This document shows positions 34,101 through 48,930 of a DNA stretch of 64,000 nucleotides, piece by piece. The notes under the pieces are model-generated. The model was not told the origin of the DNA. It searched no databases and worked only from the letters and a program-made list of their open reading frames with translations. The DNA lies in NCBI GenBank assembly GCA_964187785.1, contig OZ076409.1, positions 95,358,001 to 95,422,000 on the forward strand, in the 5' to 3' direction. The position numbers were made by a program, and so were the translations under genes. How positions within the stretch are numbered: position 1 is the stretch's first letter; every line of letters begins with the position of its first letter. Origin of the DNA: Amphiscolops sp. MND2022. Taxonomy: Eukaryota.

Positions 34101-37100
34101 CGTCACTTTTCTAGGAACACAGTTTGGATGGATTGTGGAAAACATTTATGTGTCAGCTGTGATTCATCGATTATCCATCGATGATGCATTGCTTTCCATT
34201 GAAATTGTATCAAACTGCCAATACTGAAAAATCTCAATTCTGTAGGTAAACTTGCAAGTAAATCTTTCAATTGTCTAATGTTACTCTTCGATTTGTTTCT
34301 GCTAGCTCGGTCATTTTTTCCGTTATTTTTGCCCGTCATTTTTGTAGGAAAACAGTTTGGATGGATTGTGGAAAACATTTTTGTGTCAGCTATGATTCAT
34401 CGATTATCCATCGATGATGCATTGCTTTCCATTGAAAATGTATCAAACTGCCATTACTGAAAAGTCTCAATTCTGCAGATAAATTTGCAAGTAAGTCTTT
34501 CAATTGTCTAACGTTACTCTTTGATTTGTTTCTGCTAGCTCGGTCATTTTTTCCGTTATTTTAGTCCGTGTTTTTTTAAGGAACACAGTTTGGATGGTGG
34601 TGGATAACATTTTTTGTCAGCTATGATTCATCGATTAGCCATCGATGATACATTGCTTTCTATTGAAAACTTATCAAATTGCCATTACTGAAAAGTCTCA
34701 ATTCTGCAGATAAATTTGCAAGTAAGTCTTTCAATTGTGTAATGTTTCTCTTCGATTTTTTTCCTGCTAGCTCGGTCATTTTTTTGATATTTTTGCCCGT
34801 CATTTTTCTAGGAACACAGTTTGTATGGATTGTGGAAAACATTTATGTGTCAGCTATGATTAATCGATGATCCATCGATGAAGCATTGCTTTCCATTGAA
34901 AATATTTCAAACTGCCATTACTGAAAAGTCTCAATTCTGTAGGTAAACTTGCAAGTAAATCTTTCAATTGTCTAATGTTACTCTTCGATTTGTTTCTGCT
35001 AGCTCGGTCATTTTTTCCGTTATTTTTGCCCGTCATTTTTGTAGGAAAACAGTTTGGATGGATTGTGGAAAACATTTTTGTGCCAGCTATGATTCATCGA
35101 TTATCCATCGATGAAGCATTGCTTTCCATTGAAAATGTATCAAACTGCCATTACTGAAAAGTCGCAATTCTGCAGATAAATTTGCAAGTAAATCTTTCAA
35201 TTGTCTAACGTTACTCTTTGATTTTTTTCTGCTAGCTCGGTCATTTTTTCCGTTATTTTTGCCCGTCACTTTTTAGGAACACAGTTTGGATGGATTGTGG
35301 AAAACATTTATGTGTCAGCTATGATTCATCGATTATTCATCGATGTTGCATTGCTATCCATTGAAAATGTATCAAACTGACATTACTGAAAAGTCTCAAT
35401 TCTGTTGGTAAACTTGCAAGTAAGTAAATCTTTCAATTGTCTAATGTCACTCATCGATTATTCTCTGCTAGCTCGGTCATTTTTGCCGTTATTTTAGTCC
35501 GTGTTTTTTAAGGAACACAGTTTGGATGATTGTGGATAACATTTTTTTTGTCAGCTATGATTCATCGATTATCCATCGATGATACATTGCTTTCTATTGA
35601 AAATATATCAAACTGCCATTACTGAAAATCTCAATTCTGTAGGTAAATTTGCAAGTAAATCTTTCAATTGTGTAATGTTTCTCTTCGATTTTTTTCCTGC
35701 TAGCTCGGTCATTTTTTGTTATTTTTGCCCGTCATTTTTCTACGAACACAGTTTGTATGGATTGTGGAAAACATTTATGTGTCAGCTATGATTCATCGAT
35801 TATCCATCGATGATGCATTGCTATCCATTGAAATTGTACCAAACTGCCATTACTGAAAAGTCTCTATTCTGTAGGAAAACTTGCAAGTAAATCTTTCAAT
35901 TGTCTAATGTTACTCTTCGATTTTTTTCTGCGAGCTCGGTCTTTTTTTCCGTTATTTTTGTTCTTCATTTTTTAGGAACACAGTTTGGATGGATTGTGGA
36001 AAACATTTATGTATGTGTCAGCTATAATTCATCGATTATTCAACGTTGATGCATTGTTTTCCATTGAAAATGTATCAAACTGCCATTACTAAAAAGTCTC
36101 AATTCTGTAGGTAAGCTTGCAAGTAAATCTTTCAATTGTCTAATGTTACTCTTCGATTTTTCTCTGCTAGCTCGGTCATTTTCCCCGTTATTTTTGCCCG
36201 TCATTTCTTGAGGAACACAGTTTGGATGATTGTGGAAAACATTTTTGTGTCAGCTATGATTCATCGATTTTCCATCGATGAAACATTGCTTTCTATTGAA
36301 AATTTATCAAACCGCCATAACTGAAAAGTCTCAATTCTGTAGGTAATTTTGCAAGTAAATCTTTCAATTGTCTAATGTTACTCTTCGATTTTTCTCTGCT
36401 AGCTCGGTCATTTTCCCCGTTATTTTTGTCCGTCATTTCTTAAGGAACACAGTTTGGATGATTGTGGAAAACATTTATGTGTCAGCTATGATTCATCGAT
36501 TATCCATCGATGATGCATTGCTTTCCATTGGAATTGTACCAAACTGCCATTACTGAAAAGTCTCAATTCTGTAGGAGAACTTGCAAGTAAATCTTTCAAT
36601 TGTCTAATGTTACTCTTCGATTTTTCTCTGCTAGCTCGGTCATTTTCCCCGTTATTTTTGTCCGTCATTTCTTAAGGAACACAGCTTGGATGATTGTGGA
36701 AAACAATTTTGTGTCAGCTATGATTCATCGATTATCCATCGATGAAACATTGCTTTCTATTGAAAATTTATCAAACCGCCATAACTGAAAAGTCTCAATT
36801 CTGTAGGTAATTTTGCAAGTAAATCTTTCAATTGCTAATGTTACTCTTCGATTTTTCTCTGCTAGCTCGGTCATTTTCCCCGTTATTTTTGTCCGTCATT
36901 TCTTAAGGAACACAGTTTGGATGATTGTGGAATACATTTTTGTGTCAGCTATGATTCATCGATTATCCATCGATGAAACATTCCTTTCTATTGAAAATTT
37001 ATCAAACCGCCATTACTGAAAAGTCTCAATTCTGTAGGTAATTTTGCAAGTAAATCTTTCAATTGTCTAATGTTACTCTTCGATTTCTTTCTGCTAGCTC

Positions 37101-40100
37101 GGTCATTTTTTCCGTTCTTTTTGCTTGTCGTTTTTTAGGAACACAGTTTGGATGGATTGTGGAAAACATTCATGTGTCATCTATGATTCATCGATTATCC
37201 ATCGATGATGCATTGCTTTACATTGAAAATGTATCAAACTGCCATTACTGAATAGTCTCAATTCTGCAGGTAAATTTGCAAGTAAATCCTTCAATTGTCT
37301 GATGTTACTCTTCGATTTTTTTTCTGCTAGCCCGGTGGTTTTATCCGTTATTTTTGCCCGTCATTTTTTTAAGAAAACAGTTTGGTTGGATTGTGGAAAT
37401 CATTTATGTGTCAGCTATGATTCATCGATTATCCATCGATGATGCATTGCTTTCCATTGAAATTATTTCAAACTGCCAATACTGAAAAGTCTCCATTCTG
37501 TAGGTAAACTTGCAAGTAAATCTTCCAATTGTCTAATGTTACTCTTCGATTTGTTTCTGCTAGCTCGGTCAATTTTTCCGTTATTTTTGCCCGTCATTTT
37601 TGTGGGAAAACAGTTTGGATGGATTGTGGAAAACATTTTTGTGTCAGCTATGATTCATCGATTATCCATCGATGATGCATTGCTTTCCATTGAAATTGTA
37701 TCAAACTGCCATTACTGAAAAGTTTCACTTCTGTAGGTAAACTTGCAAGTAAATCTTTCAATTGTCTAATGTTACTCTTCGATTTGTTTCTGCTAGCTCG
37801 GTCAATTTTTCCGTTATTTTTGCCCGTCATTTTTGTGGGAAAACAGTTTGGATGGATTGTGGAAAACATTTTTGTGTCAGCTATGATTCATCGATTATCC
37901 ATCGATGATGCATTGCTTTCCATTGAAAATGTATCAAACTGCCATTACTGGAAAATCTCAATTCTGTAGATAAATTTGCAAGTAAATCTTTCAATTGTCT
38001 AACGTTACTCTTCGATTTTTTTCTGCTAGCTCGGTCATTTTTTCCGTTATTTTTGCCCGTCATTTTTTAAGAACACAGTTTGGATGGATTGTGGAAAACA
38101 AATATGTGTCAGCTATGATTCATCGATTATCCATCGATGATGCATTGCTTTCCATTGAAAATGTATCAAACTGCCATTACTGGAAAACCTCAATTCTGCA
38201 GATAAATTTGCAAGTAAATCTTTCAATTGTCTAACGTTACTCTTCGATTTTTTCTGCTAGCTCGGTCATTTTTTCCGTTATTTTTGCCCGTCATTTTTTA
38301 AGAACACAGTTCGGATGGATTGTGGAAAACAAATATGTGTCAGCTATGATTCATCGATTATTCATCGATGATGCATTGCTATCCATTGAAAATGTATCAA
38401 AATGCCATTACTGAAAAGTCTCAATTCTGTAGGTAAACTTGCAAGTAAATCTTTCAATTGTCTAATGTTACTCTTCGATTTTTTTCTGCTAGCTCGGTCA
38501 TTTTTTCCGTTCTTTTTGCCCGTCATTTTTTAGGAACACAGTTTGGATGGATTGTGAAAACATTCATGTGTCATCTATGATTCATCGATTATCCATCGAT
38601 GATGCATTGCTTTATATTGAAAATGTATCAAACTGCCATTACTGAATAGTCTCAATTCTGCAGGTAATGTTGCAAGTAAATCTTTCAATTGTCTAATGTT
38701 ACTCTTCGATTTTTTTTCTGCTAGCTCGGTAGTTTTATCCGTTATTTTTGCCCGTCATTTTTTTAGGAAAACAGTTTGGTTGGATTGTGAAAAACATTTA
38801 TGTGTCAGCTATGATTCATCGATTATCCATCGATGATGCATTGCTTTCCATTGAAAACATTTCAAACTGCCATTACTGAAAAGTCTCAATTCTGTAGGTA
38901 AACTTGCAAGTAAATCTTCCAATTGTGCAATGTTACTCTTCGATTTTTTTCGGCTAGCTCGGTCATTTTTTCCGTTATTTTTGCCCGTCATTTTTTAGGA
39001 ACACAGTTTGGATGGATTGTGGTAAACATTTATGTGTCAGCTATGATTCATCGATTATTCATCGATGATGCATTGCTATCCATTGAAAATGTATCAAACT
39101 GCCATTACTGGAATGTCTCAATTCTGTAGGTAAACTTGCAAGTAAATCTTTCAATTGTCTAATGTCACTCATCGATTTTTCTCTGCTAGCCCGGTCATTT
39201 TTTCTGTTATTTTTGCCCGTCAATTTTTAGGAACACAGTTTGGATGGATTGTGGAAAACATTTATGTGTCAGCTATGATTCATCGATTAATCATTGATGA
39301 TGCATTGCTATCCATTGAAAATGTATCAAACTGTCATTACTGAAAAGTCTCAATTCTGTAGGTAAACTTGCAAGTAAATCTTTCAATTGTCTAATGTCAC
39401 TCATCGATTTTTCTCTGCTAGCTCGGTCATTTTTTCCGTTGTTTTAGTCCGTGTTTTTTAAGGAACACAGTTTGGATGATTGTGAATAACATTTTTTTTT
39501 GTCAGCTATGATTCATCGATTATCCATCGATGATACATTGCTTTCTATTGAAAATTTATCAAACTGCCATTACTGAAAAGTCTCAAATCTGTAGGTAAAC
39601 TTGCAAGTAAATCTTTCAATTGTCTAATGTCACTCATCGATTTTTCTCTGCTAGCTCGGTCATTTTTTCCGTTGTTTTAGTCCGTGTTTTTTTAAGGAAC
39701 ACAGTTTGGATGATTGTGGATAACATTTTTTTGTCAGCTATGATTCATCGATTATCCATCGATGATGCATTGCTTTCCATTGAAATTGTACCAAACTGCC
39801 ATTACTGAAAAGTCTCAATTCTGTAGGTAAACTTGCAAGTAAATCTTTCAATTGTCTAATGTTACTCTTCGATTTTTTTCTGCGAGCTCGGTCATTTTTT
39901 CCGTTATTTTTGCCCTTCAATTTTTAGGAACACAGTTTGGATGGATTGTGGAAAACATTTATGTGTCAGCTATAATTCATCGATTATCCATCGATGATGC
40001 ATTGCTTTCCATTGAAAATGTATCAAATTGCCATTACTTAAAAGTCTCAATTCTGTAGGTAAACTTGCAAGTAAATCTTTCAATTGTCTAATGTTACTCT

Positions 40101-43100
40101 TCGATTTTTCTTTGCTAGCTCGGTCATTTTCCCCGTTATTTTTGTCCGTCATTTCTTAAGGAACACAGTTTGGATGGATTGTGGAAAACATTTATGTGTC
40201 AGCTATGATTCATCGAATATCCATCGATGGTGCATTGCTTTCCATTGAAAATGTATCAAACTGCCATTACTGAAAAGTCTCACTTCTGTAGGTAAACTTG
40301 CAAGTAAATCTTTCAATTGTCTAATGTTACTCTTCGATTTTTCTCTGCTAGCTCGGTCATTTTCCCCGTTATTTTTGTCCGTCATTTCTTAAGGAACACA
40401 GTTTGGATGATTGTGGAAAACATTTTTGTGTCAGCTATGAGTCATCGATTATCCATCGATGAAACATTGCTTTCTATTGAAAATTTATCAAACCGCCATT
40501 ACTGAAATGTCTCAATTCTGTAGGTAAACTTGCAAGTAAATCTTTCAATTGTGTAATGTTACTCTTCGATTTTTCTGCTAGCTCGGTCATATTTTTTGTT
40601 GTTTTTTCCCGTCATTTTTCTAGGAACACAGTTTGGATGGATTGTGAAAAACATTTATGTGTCAGCTATGATTCATCGATTATCCATCGATGGTGCATTG
40701 CTTTCCATTGAAATTGTATCAAACTGCCATTACTGAAAAGTCTCAATTCTGTAGGTAAACTTGCGAGTAAATCTTTCAATTGTCTAATGTTACTCTTCGA
40801 TTTTTTTCTGCTAGCTCGGTCATTGTTTCCGTTATTTTTGCCCGTCATTTTTTTAGGAACACAGTTTGGATGGATTGTGGAAAACATTTATGTGTCAGCT
40901 ATGATTCATCGATTATCCATCGATGATGCATTGCTTTCCATTGAAAATGTATCAAACTGCCATTACTGAAAAGTCTCACTTCTGTAGGTAAACTTGCAAG
41001 TAAATCTTTCAATTGTCTAATGTTACACTTCGATTTTTCTCTGCTAGCTCATTCATTTTTTCCGTTATTTTTGTCCGTCATTTCTTAAGGAACACAGTTT
41101 GGATGATTGTGGAAAACATTTTTGTGTCAGCTATGATTCATCGATTATCCACCGATGGTGCATTGCTTTCCAATGAAATTGTATCAAACTGCCATTACTG
41201 AAAAGTCTCAATTCTGTAGGTTAACTTTCAAGTAAATCATTCAATTGTCTAATGTTACTCTTTGATTTTTCTCAGCTAGCTCGGTCATTTTCTCCGTTAT
41301 TTTTGTCCGTCATTTCTTAAGGAACACAGTTTGGATGATTGTGGAAAACATTTTTGTGTCAGCTAAGATTCATCGATTATCCATCGATGAAACATTGCTT
41401 TCTATTGAAATGTTATCAAACCGCCATTACTGAAAAGTCTCAATTCTGTAGGTAAACTTGCAAATAAATCTTGCAATTGTGTAATGTTACTCTTCAATTT
41501 TTTTCTGCTAGCTCGGTCATTTTTTCCGTTATTTTTGCCCGTCATTTTCTAGGAACACAGTTTGGATTGATTGTGGAAAACAGTTATGTGTCAGCTATGA
41601 TTCCTCGATTATCCATCGATGATGCATTGCTTTCTATTGAAATTGTATCAAACTGCCATTAGTGAAAAGTCTCAATTCTGTAGGTAAACTTGCAAGTAAA
41701 TCTTTCATTTGTCTAATGTTACTCTTCGATTTTTCTCTGCTAGCTCAGACATTTTTTCCGTTATTTTTGTCCGTCATTTCTTAAGGAACACAGTTTGGAT
41801 GATTGTGGAAAACAATTTTGTGTCAGCAATGATTCATCGATTATCCATCGATGGTGCATTGCTTTCCATTGAAACTGTATCAAACTGCCATTACTGAAAA
41901 GTCTCAATTCTGTAGGTAAACTTGCAAGTAAATCTTTCAATTGTCTAATGTTACTTTCGATTTTTTTCAGCTAGCTCGGTCATTTTTTCCGAAATTTTTG
42001 CCCATCATTTTTTTAGGAACACAGTTTGGATGGATTGTGGAAAACATTCATGTGTCAGCTATGATTCATCGATTATCCATCGATGATGCATTGTTTTCCA
42101 TTGAAATTGTATCAAACTGCCATTACTGAAAAGTCTCAATTCTGTAGGTAAACTTGCAAGTAAATCTTTCAATTGTCTAATGTTGTTCTTCGATTTTTTT
42201 TCTGCTAGCTCGGTCATTTTTTCCGTTGTTTTTGCCCGTCATTTTTTAGGAACACAGTTTGGATTGATTGTGGAAAACATTTATGTTTCAGTTATGATTC
42301 CTCGATTATCCATCGATGATGCATTGCTTCCTTTTGAAAATGTATCAAACTGCCATGAGTGAAAAGTCTCAATTCTGTAGGTAAATTTGCAAGTAAATCT
42401 TTCATTTGTCTAATGTTACTCTTCGATTTTTCTCTGCTAGTTCGGTCATTTTTTCCGTTATTTTTGTCCGTCATTTCTTAAGGAACACAGTTTGGGCGAT
42501 TGTGGAAAACATTTGTGTCAGCTATGATTCATCGATTATCCATCGATGATACATTGCTTTCTATTCAAAATGTATCAAATTGCCTTTACTGAAAAGTCTC
42601 AATTCTGTAGGTAAACTTGCAAACAAATCTTTCAATTGTCTAAGTTTACTCTTCGATTTTTCTCTGCTAGCTCTGTCAGTTTTCCGTTATTTTTGTCCGT
42701 CATTTCTTAAGGAACACAGTTTGGATGATTGTGGAAAACATTTTTGTGTCAGCTATGATTCATCGATTATCCATCTATGGTGAATTGCTTTCCATTGAAA
42801 TTGTATCAAACTGCCATTACTGAAAAGTCTCAATTCTGTAGGTAAACTTGCAAGTAAATCTTTCAATTGTCCAATGTTACTCTTCAATTTTTTTCTGCTA
42901 GCTCGGTCATTTTCTCCGAAATTTTTGCCCGTCATTTTTTAGGAACACAGTTTGGATGGATTGTGGAAAACATTCATGTGTCAGCTATGATTCATCGATT
43001 ATCTCTCGATGATGCATTGTTTTCCATTGAAATTGTATCAAACTGCCATTACTGAAAAGTCTCAATTCTGTAGGTAAACTTGCAAGTAAATCTTTCAATT

Positions 43101-45935
43101 GTCTAATGTTACTCTTCGATTTTTCTCTGCTAGTTCGGTCATTTTTTCCGTTATTTTTGACCGTCATTTCTTAAGGAACACAGTTTGGATGATTGTGGAA
43201 AACATTTGTGTCAGCTATGATTCATCGATTATCCATCGATGATACATTGCTTTCTATTGAAATTTTATTAAACCGCCATTACTGAAAAGTCTCAATTCTG
43301 TAGGTAAACTTGCTAGTAAATCTTTCAATTGTCTAATGTTACTCTTCGATTTGTTTCTGCTAGCTCGGTCATTTTTTCCGTTATTTTTGCCCGTCATTTT
43401 TGTAGGAAAACAGTTTGGATGGATTGTGGAAAACATTTTTGTGTCAGCTATGATTCATCGATTATCCATCGATGATGCATTGCTTTCCATTGAAATTGTA
43501 TCAAACTGCCATTACTGAAAAGTCTCAATTCTGTAGGTTAACTTTCAAGTAAATCATTCAATTGTCTAATGTTACTCTTTGATTTTTCTCAGCTAGCTCG
43601 GTCATTTTCTCCGTTATTTTTGTCCGTCATTTCTTAAGGAACACAGTTTGGATGATTGTGGAAAACATTTTTGTGTCAGCTAAGATTCATCGATTATCCA
43701 TCGATGAAACATTGCTTTCTATTGAAATGTTATCAAACCGCCATTACTGAAAAGTCTCAATTCTGTAGGTAAACTTGCAAATAAATCTTGCAATTGTGTA
43801 ATGTTACTCTTCAATTTTTTTCTGCTAGCTCGGTCATTTTTTCCGTTATTTTTGCCCGTCATTTTCTAGGAACACAGTTTGGATTGATTGTGGAAAACAG
43901 TTATGTGTCAGCTATGATTCCTCGATTATCCATCGATGATGCATTGCTTCCTATTGAAATTGTATCAAACTGCCATTAGTGAAAAGTCTCAATTCTGTAG
44001 GTAAACTTGCAAGTAAATCTTTCATTTGTCTAATGTTACTCTTCGATTTTTCTCTGCTAGCTCAGACATTTTTTCCGTTATTTTTGTCCGTCATTTCTTA
44101 AGGAACACAGTTTGGATGATTGTGGAAAACAATTTTGTGTCAGCAATGATTCATCGATTATCCATCGATGGTGCATTGCTTTCCATTGAAACTGTATCAA
44201 ACTGCCATTACTGAAAAGTCTCAATTCTGTAGGTAAACTTGCAAGTAAATCTTTCAATTGTCTAATGTTACTTTCGATTTTTTTTCAGCTAGCTCGGTCA
44301 TTTTTTCCGAAATTTTTGCCCATCATTTTTTTAGGAACACAGTTTGGATGGATTGTGGAAAACATTCATGTGTCAGCTATGATTCATCGATTATCCATCG
44401 ATGATGCATTGTTTTCCATTGAAATTGTATCAAACTGCCATTACTGAAAAGTCTCAATTCTGTAGGTAAACTTGCAAGTAAATCTTTCAATTGTCTAATG
44501 TTGTTCTTCGATTTTTTTTTCTGCTAGCTCGGTCATTTTTTCCGTTGTTTTTGCCCGTCATTTTTTAGGAACACAGTTTGGATTGATTGTGGAAAACATT
44601 TATGTTTCAGTTATGATTCCTCGATTATCCATCGATGATGCATTGCTTCCTATTGAAAATGTATCAAACTGCCATGAGTGAAAAGTCTCAATTCTGTAGG
44701 TAAACTTGCAAGTAAATCTTTCATTTGTCTAATGTTACTCTTCGATTTTTCTCTGCTAGTTCGGTCATTTTTTCCGTTATTTTTGTCCGTCATTTCTTAA
44801 GGAACACAGTTTGGGCGATTGTGGAAAACATTTGTGTCAGCTATGATTCATCGATTATCCATCGATGATACATTGCTTTCTATTCAAAATGTATCAAATT
44901 GCCTTTACTGAAAAGTCTCAATTCTGTAGGTAAACTTGCAAACAAATCTTTCAATTGTCTAAGTTTACTCTTCGATTTTTCTCTGCTGGCTCTGTCAGTT
45001 TTCCGTTATTTTTGTCCGTCATTTCTTAAGGAACACAGTTTGGATGATTGTGGAAAACATTTTTGTGTCAGCTATGATTCATCGATTATCCATCTATGGT
45101 GAATTGCTTTCCATTGAAATTGTATCAAACTGCCATTACTGAAAAGTCTCAATTCTGTAGGTAAACTTGCAAGTAAATCTTTCAATTGTCTAATGTTACT
45201 CTTCAATTTTTTTCTGCTAGCTCGGTCATTTTCTCCGAAATTTTTGTCCGTCATTCTTAAGGAACACAGTTTGGATGATTGTGGAAAATATTTTTGTGTC
45301 AGCTATGATTCATCAATTATCCATCGATGATGCATTGTTTTCCATTGAAATTGTATCAAACTGCCATTACTGAAAAGTCTCAATTCTGTAGGTAAACTTG
45401 CAAGTAAATCTTTCAATTGTCTAATGTTACTCTTCGATTTTTCTCTGCTAGTTCGGTCATTTTTTCCGTTATTTTTGACCGTCATTTCTTAAGGAACACA
45501 GTTTGGATGATTGTGGAAAACATTTGTGTCAGCTATGATTCATCGATTATCCATCGATGATACATTGCTTTCTATTGAAAATTTATTAAACCGCCATTAC
45601 TGAAAAGTCTCAATTCTGTAGGTAAACTTGCTAGTAAATCTTTCAATTGTCTAATGTTACTCTTCGATTTGTTTCTGCTAGCTCGGTCATTTTTTCCGTT
45701 ATTTTTGCCCGTCATTTTTGTAGGAAAACAGTTTGGATGGATTGTGGAAAACATTTTTGTGTCAGCTATGATTCATCGATTATCCATCGATGATGCATTG
45801 CTTTCCATTGAAATGTATCAAACTGCCATTACTGAAAAGTCTCAATTCTGTAGGTAAACTTGCAAGTAAGTCTTTCAATTGTCTAACGTAGACCACTTCT
45901 ACTGTTGTCCCATTTAACTTTTCGAGTTGTTTCAG

Positions 45936-46003
45936 GACTCTGAACAAGTGTCTATTGATGAAAAAAGCGGCAGCTGACTCTCCCACTAAGTATCAATGGT
46001 CTG
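45936..46003 (+). CDS. Gene A exon after the ~21-kb satellite intron: STLNKCLLMKKAAADSPTKYQWS
   Basis: tttcag/gtaagt, phase 2-1, matches the phases of both flanking exons. Confidence 0.8.
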
Positions 46004-48085
46004 GTAAGTTATAGTTCTACAAAAAATGTGGGGTTTTGAAAGCAATGCAAAGATCTTTGGAGATTGCGGCAGAGCGCTAGCGGTCACCACCATTTAACTT
46101 CACTGATTAACAGGTTGTTGGCTAACAAAACCGTAGTTACTCTGACTCAAAAAAGTTAGTTGCCACAAGCTCTAATCCAGAAATACAGTTGAATTGTATA
46201 AAGACAAATTATTTTCAATATCATCCGCTATAACACAGACATTTATAATCTTTCTTGATTATCTGAAAAGATGTTATACACTAGGGTGACGAAAAGCTAA
46301 AGACGCTTGATTTCAAATCTCAGTTCACAATAAATTTGTACAATAATCAATAGACACAAAAGTCATTGGTGCGTAAAATTTCAATTAGAATTACGGGAAT
46401 ATTTTTCGCTTTAAACTCACACAAAAAATTTAAAAAATAATAGTAGCCCTAGTCCAAGTTGCCGCCAAGTTTTACAGGCACCTTCAGAAAATGCCGGCTA
46501 ATTTTTTTTATAAAACATCGAAAATTCAGGGACCATGCATGGAAACATTTTGTAGGATTACTATGCAGCTTTCACTATTTGAGTTAAAACTGAAAACAAT
46601 TCCACTTCTTCACCACCGCGATCACTTTGTTTTCACGCGTAAGTTTCTCAAGAATACCTTATGTAAACATCGTTAGTCAAACAGCACGCTGAATATGACG
46701 CTACTTTGAAACTTATAATACGAGTGAAATTTATTTGCATTGAAACCGCGGTAAACTTGACGAAGCTAACAACAGTCTACGCGAATTTTTGATTTTTATT
46801 ATTTTTTCATGCAAAATCACGCAATATCTCGAGAACTGCTATTCTTAACAAAACGTGTTCGAGAGAAACTTCGTACCTTTGAGTCTGATCTCTAACTTTG
46901 AAATTAACATTTTTTCTGAAAACCCCCTCCTTAAAAATTTACAACGCAAACTCATCACCAAATGTGATACTTTCAATTTTCACTTCGGAAAATATTGTTT
47001 CGACGAAGTTACAAGTGTTTTTGACTGTTCATGTTTAGGAAAACATTTTCAGAATAGTTGCTTAAAATGAAAGTTGAAGAACGGTGTCACTGTTACAATA
47101 ACTATCGAAGAAGGTGTTTCCTTTTGACCAGTAGTTTCTGAGATTTTGCTGGGTAAAATTCAAATTTTTCCAAAGTTCCTTGAAATACAATGTGATAGAA
47201 ATTTTTATCATTTATTTCGAATTCAAAACAAAAACGACCCTTGTATTGCTGATCAAAAATTGAGTTAGTTTTGTTCCTGCGACTTGAGTTTTAACCTTGA
47301 GTTGACCAGGAAAGTTCTGGATCCATCCAGAAATCGGTTGCTTAAACTTTAAAACGCAATATCTTCTAAACTATTCAAGCCCGACAAACGATTTATAGAG
47401 CGTTCGAAAGAGGAGAATCGGGGCTTTCAAATCAATTTAAACTTCTGTGCTGGGGGCTCCGGACTTTGCGCCCAAACTTTGCACGCGTTGTGTCTCTGAT
47501 TGCTTTTCAGCATGTTTCAAAACATGATGAGGTCGTTTTGACTCAATGTTGATACCAGTGGGATAAACGGGCCACAAACGGAAATTGGAAAAACGGAAAA
47601 GCTGCGCTCGATTTTTTTTGATTTTTTGATTTTTTTGGTCCTATTTTCTTGATTTCGAAAACATCGTGTCGATATTCCGTAAGAAGGCGCGGACTGCTAT
47701 GCAATATCGTCTGAAAATCTTATTAAAGAGTTTTCTTTACCAAACAATCAACTGGTGGGTTAAGAAGTTTGCAGAAACTAAATGTGCCGAACTCGTACCG
47801 GTGACCAAGTTAGGCTCAATGAAAATAATAAAAGATTTTTCGGTATGAAATTTTTATCCAAATCGACTGTCTTTAGCTTTTGGCACCTTAGTGTATCACA
47901 TATGGGACACCTTGATCAGACCTCGGATCTCGGATCTTGACTACAATCATTTGATCATGGAAGATCATAAAACTAATGCCAAGATCCTAGGAACATTGCT
48001 TATCCTGGACTCTATCCATCATCAAAATCTGTAGTTTCATCGATCTAAAAGCAAGCTTTTTTATAATTATTGTGTTTTGTTTCAG

Positions 48086-48225
48086 CTCTTGACCCACGAG
48101 TGCAGAGCGTTATTGGATACCTGAATACCCCCACGTACACAGCTGTGTTCGCAGTTGCCCAGAGTCAGAAAACTTTCCTGGGCAGTGACGACGGGGGCAG
48201 AACCTGGTCTACTGTCCAAACACAG
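48086..48225 (+). CDS. Gene A exon with Asp-box: ALDPRVQSVIG...FLGSDDGGRTWSTVQTQ
   Basis: tttcag/gtataa, phase 1-0; SxDxGxTW BNR/Asp-box motif. Confidence 0.85.
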
Positions 48226-48307
48226 GTATAAACATCTACAAAAAAATCTTCATCTTTTAAAATTACTATAAAAAACTGAATAATTGGAGTGAGAGAAGCG
48301 TAGCTAA

Positions 48308-48560
48308 TTTCCCCAATTCCGCGGGGTGGACGACAAATAAGCAGTTGTGCTTTTCTAAGTCGGCGCCCTTTCGGATACTATCTCCCCATAGCAAGCTATG
48401 CTACCATATTTGCAGCCAAGTGATGATGAACTTGAAGCTGTACTTTCAAAGTGACTTGCTCAAGGTCACAAAGGTCTGACTACTCACCATTGATCTTTTT
48501 GTTTAACTTTTCTTCGCTAAATGCGTTGTTTTTTGTCACTGACCATACCGCCGCTAAGCT
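48308..48560 (+). repeat. Dispersed repeat, other copies at ~50428-50503 and ~63203-63470
   Basis: Shared aataagcagtt...aagtcggcgccctttcggat...catatttgcagccaagtg. Confidence 0.75.
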
Positions 48561-48930
48561 AGGGATGAAAAGGGATGAAAGACTTGCTTAAGAGCAGTAT
48601 CGATGTGTGTTATAAAACTACTAGTCGAATTCAAAATGTCATGTAAAACATTAACAAACCGAGAACGGTAAAACTCGGTGTCCCGTTTAAGGCTTACAAA
48701 TAAGTGATAGGGAGACGGCATAAAGTTTACTTTGAGTTGCCGAAAATACAAAAAAAATGGTCCCCGCCCGGGATTGATCTCGAAAGCTCATTTTCATAAG
48801 CGCTCGCTCAGTTCTGCCAAAAAGTCTCGTGCACTGATTACTAGACCAACTCAGCTGCAAAATACGGAACAAACAAATGATTGAAGGTAAACAGAAAAAC
48901 TTTTCGCCTTATTTTCGCTCAAAGAACTTA

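Larger units (their letters stand above)
25796..45888 (+). repeat. Satellite array, ~232-bp monomer, roughly 77-78 copies, with higher-order repeats
   Basis: Head-to-tail recurrence of gctatgattcatcgattatccatcgatgatgcattgc... every 232-233 bp. Confidence 0.98.

Noticed and set aside
25849..45857. Dozens of similar 60-90 aa ORFs on both strands
   Set aside because: Artefacts of the 232-bp satellite; frames shift with T-tract length
25796..45888. CRISPR-like array
   Set aside because: Whole monomers repeat with no unique spacers, no cas genes, eukaryotic context
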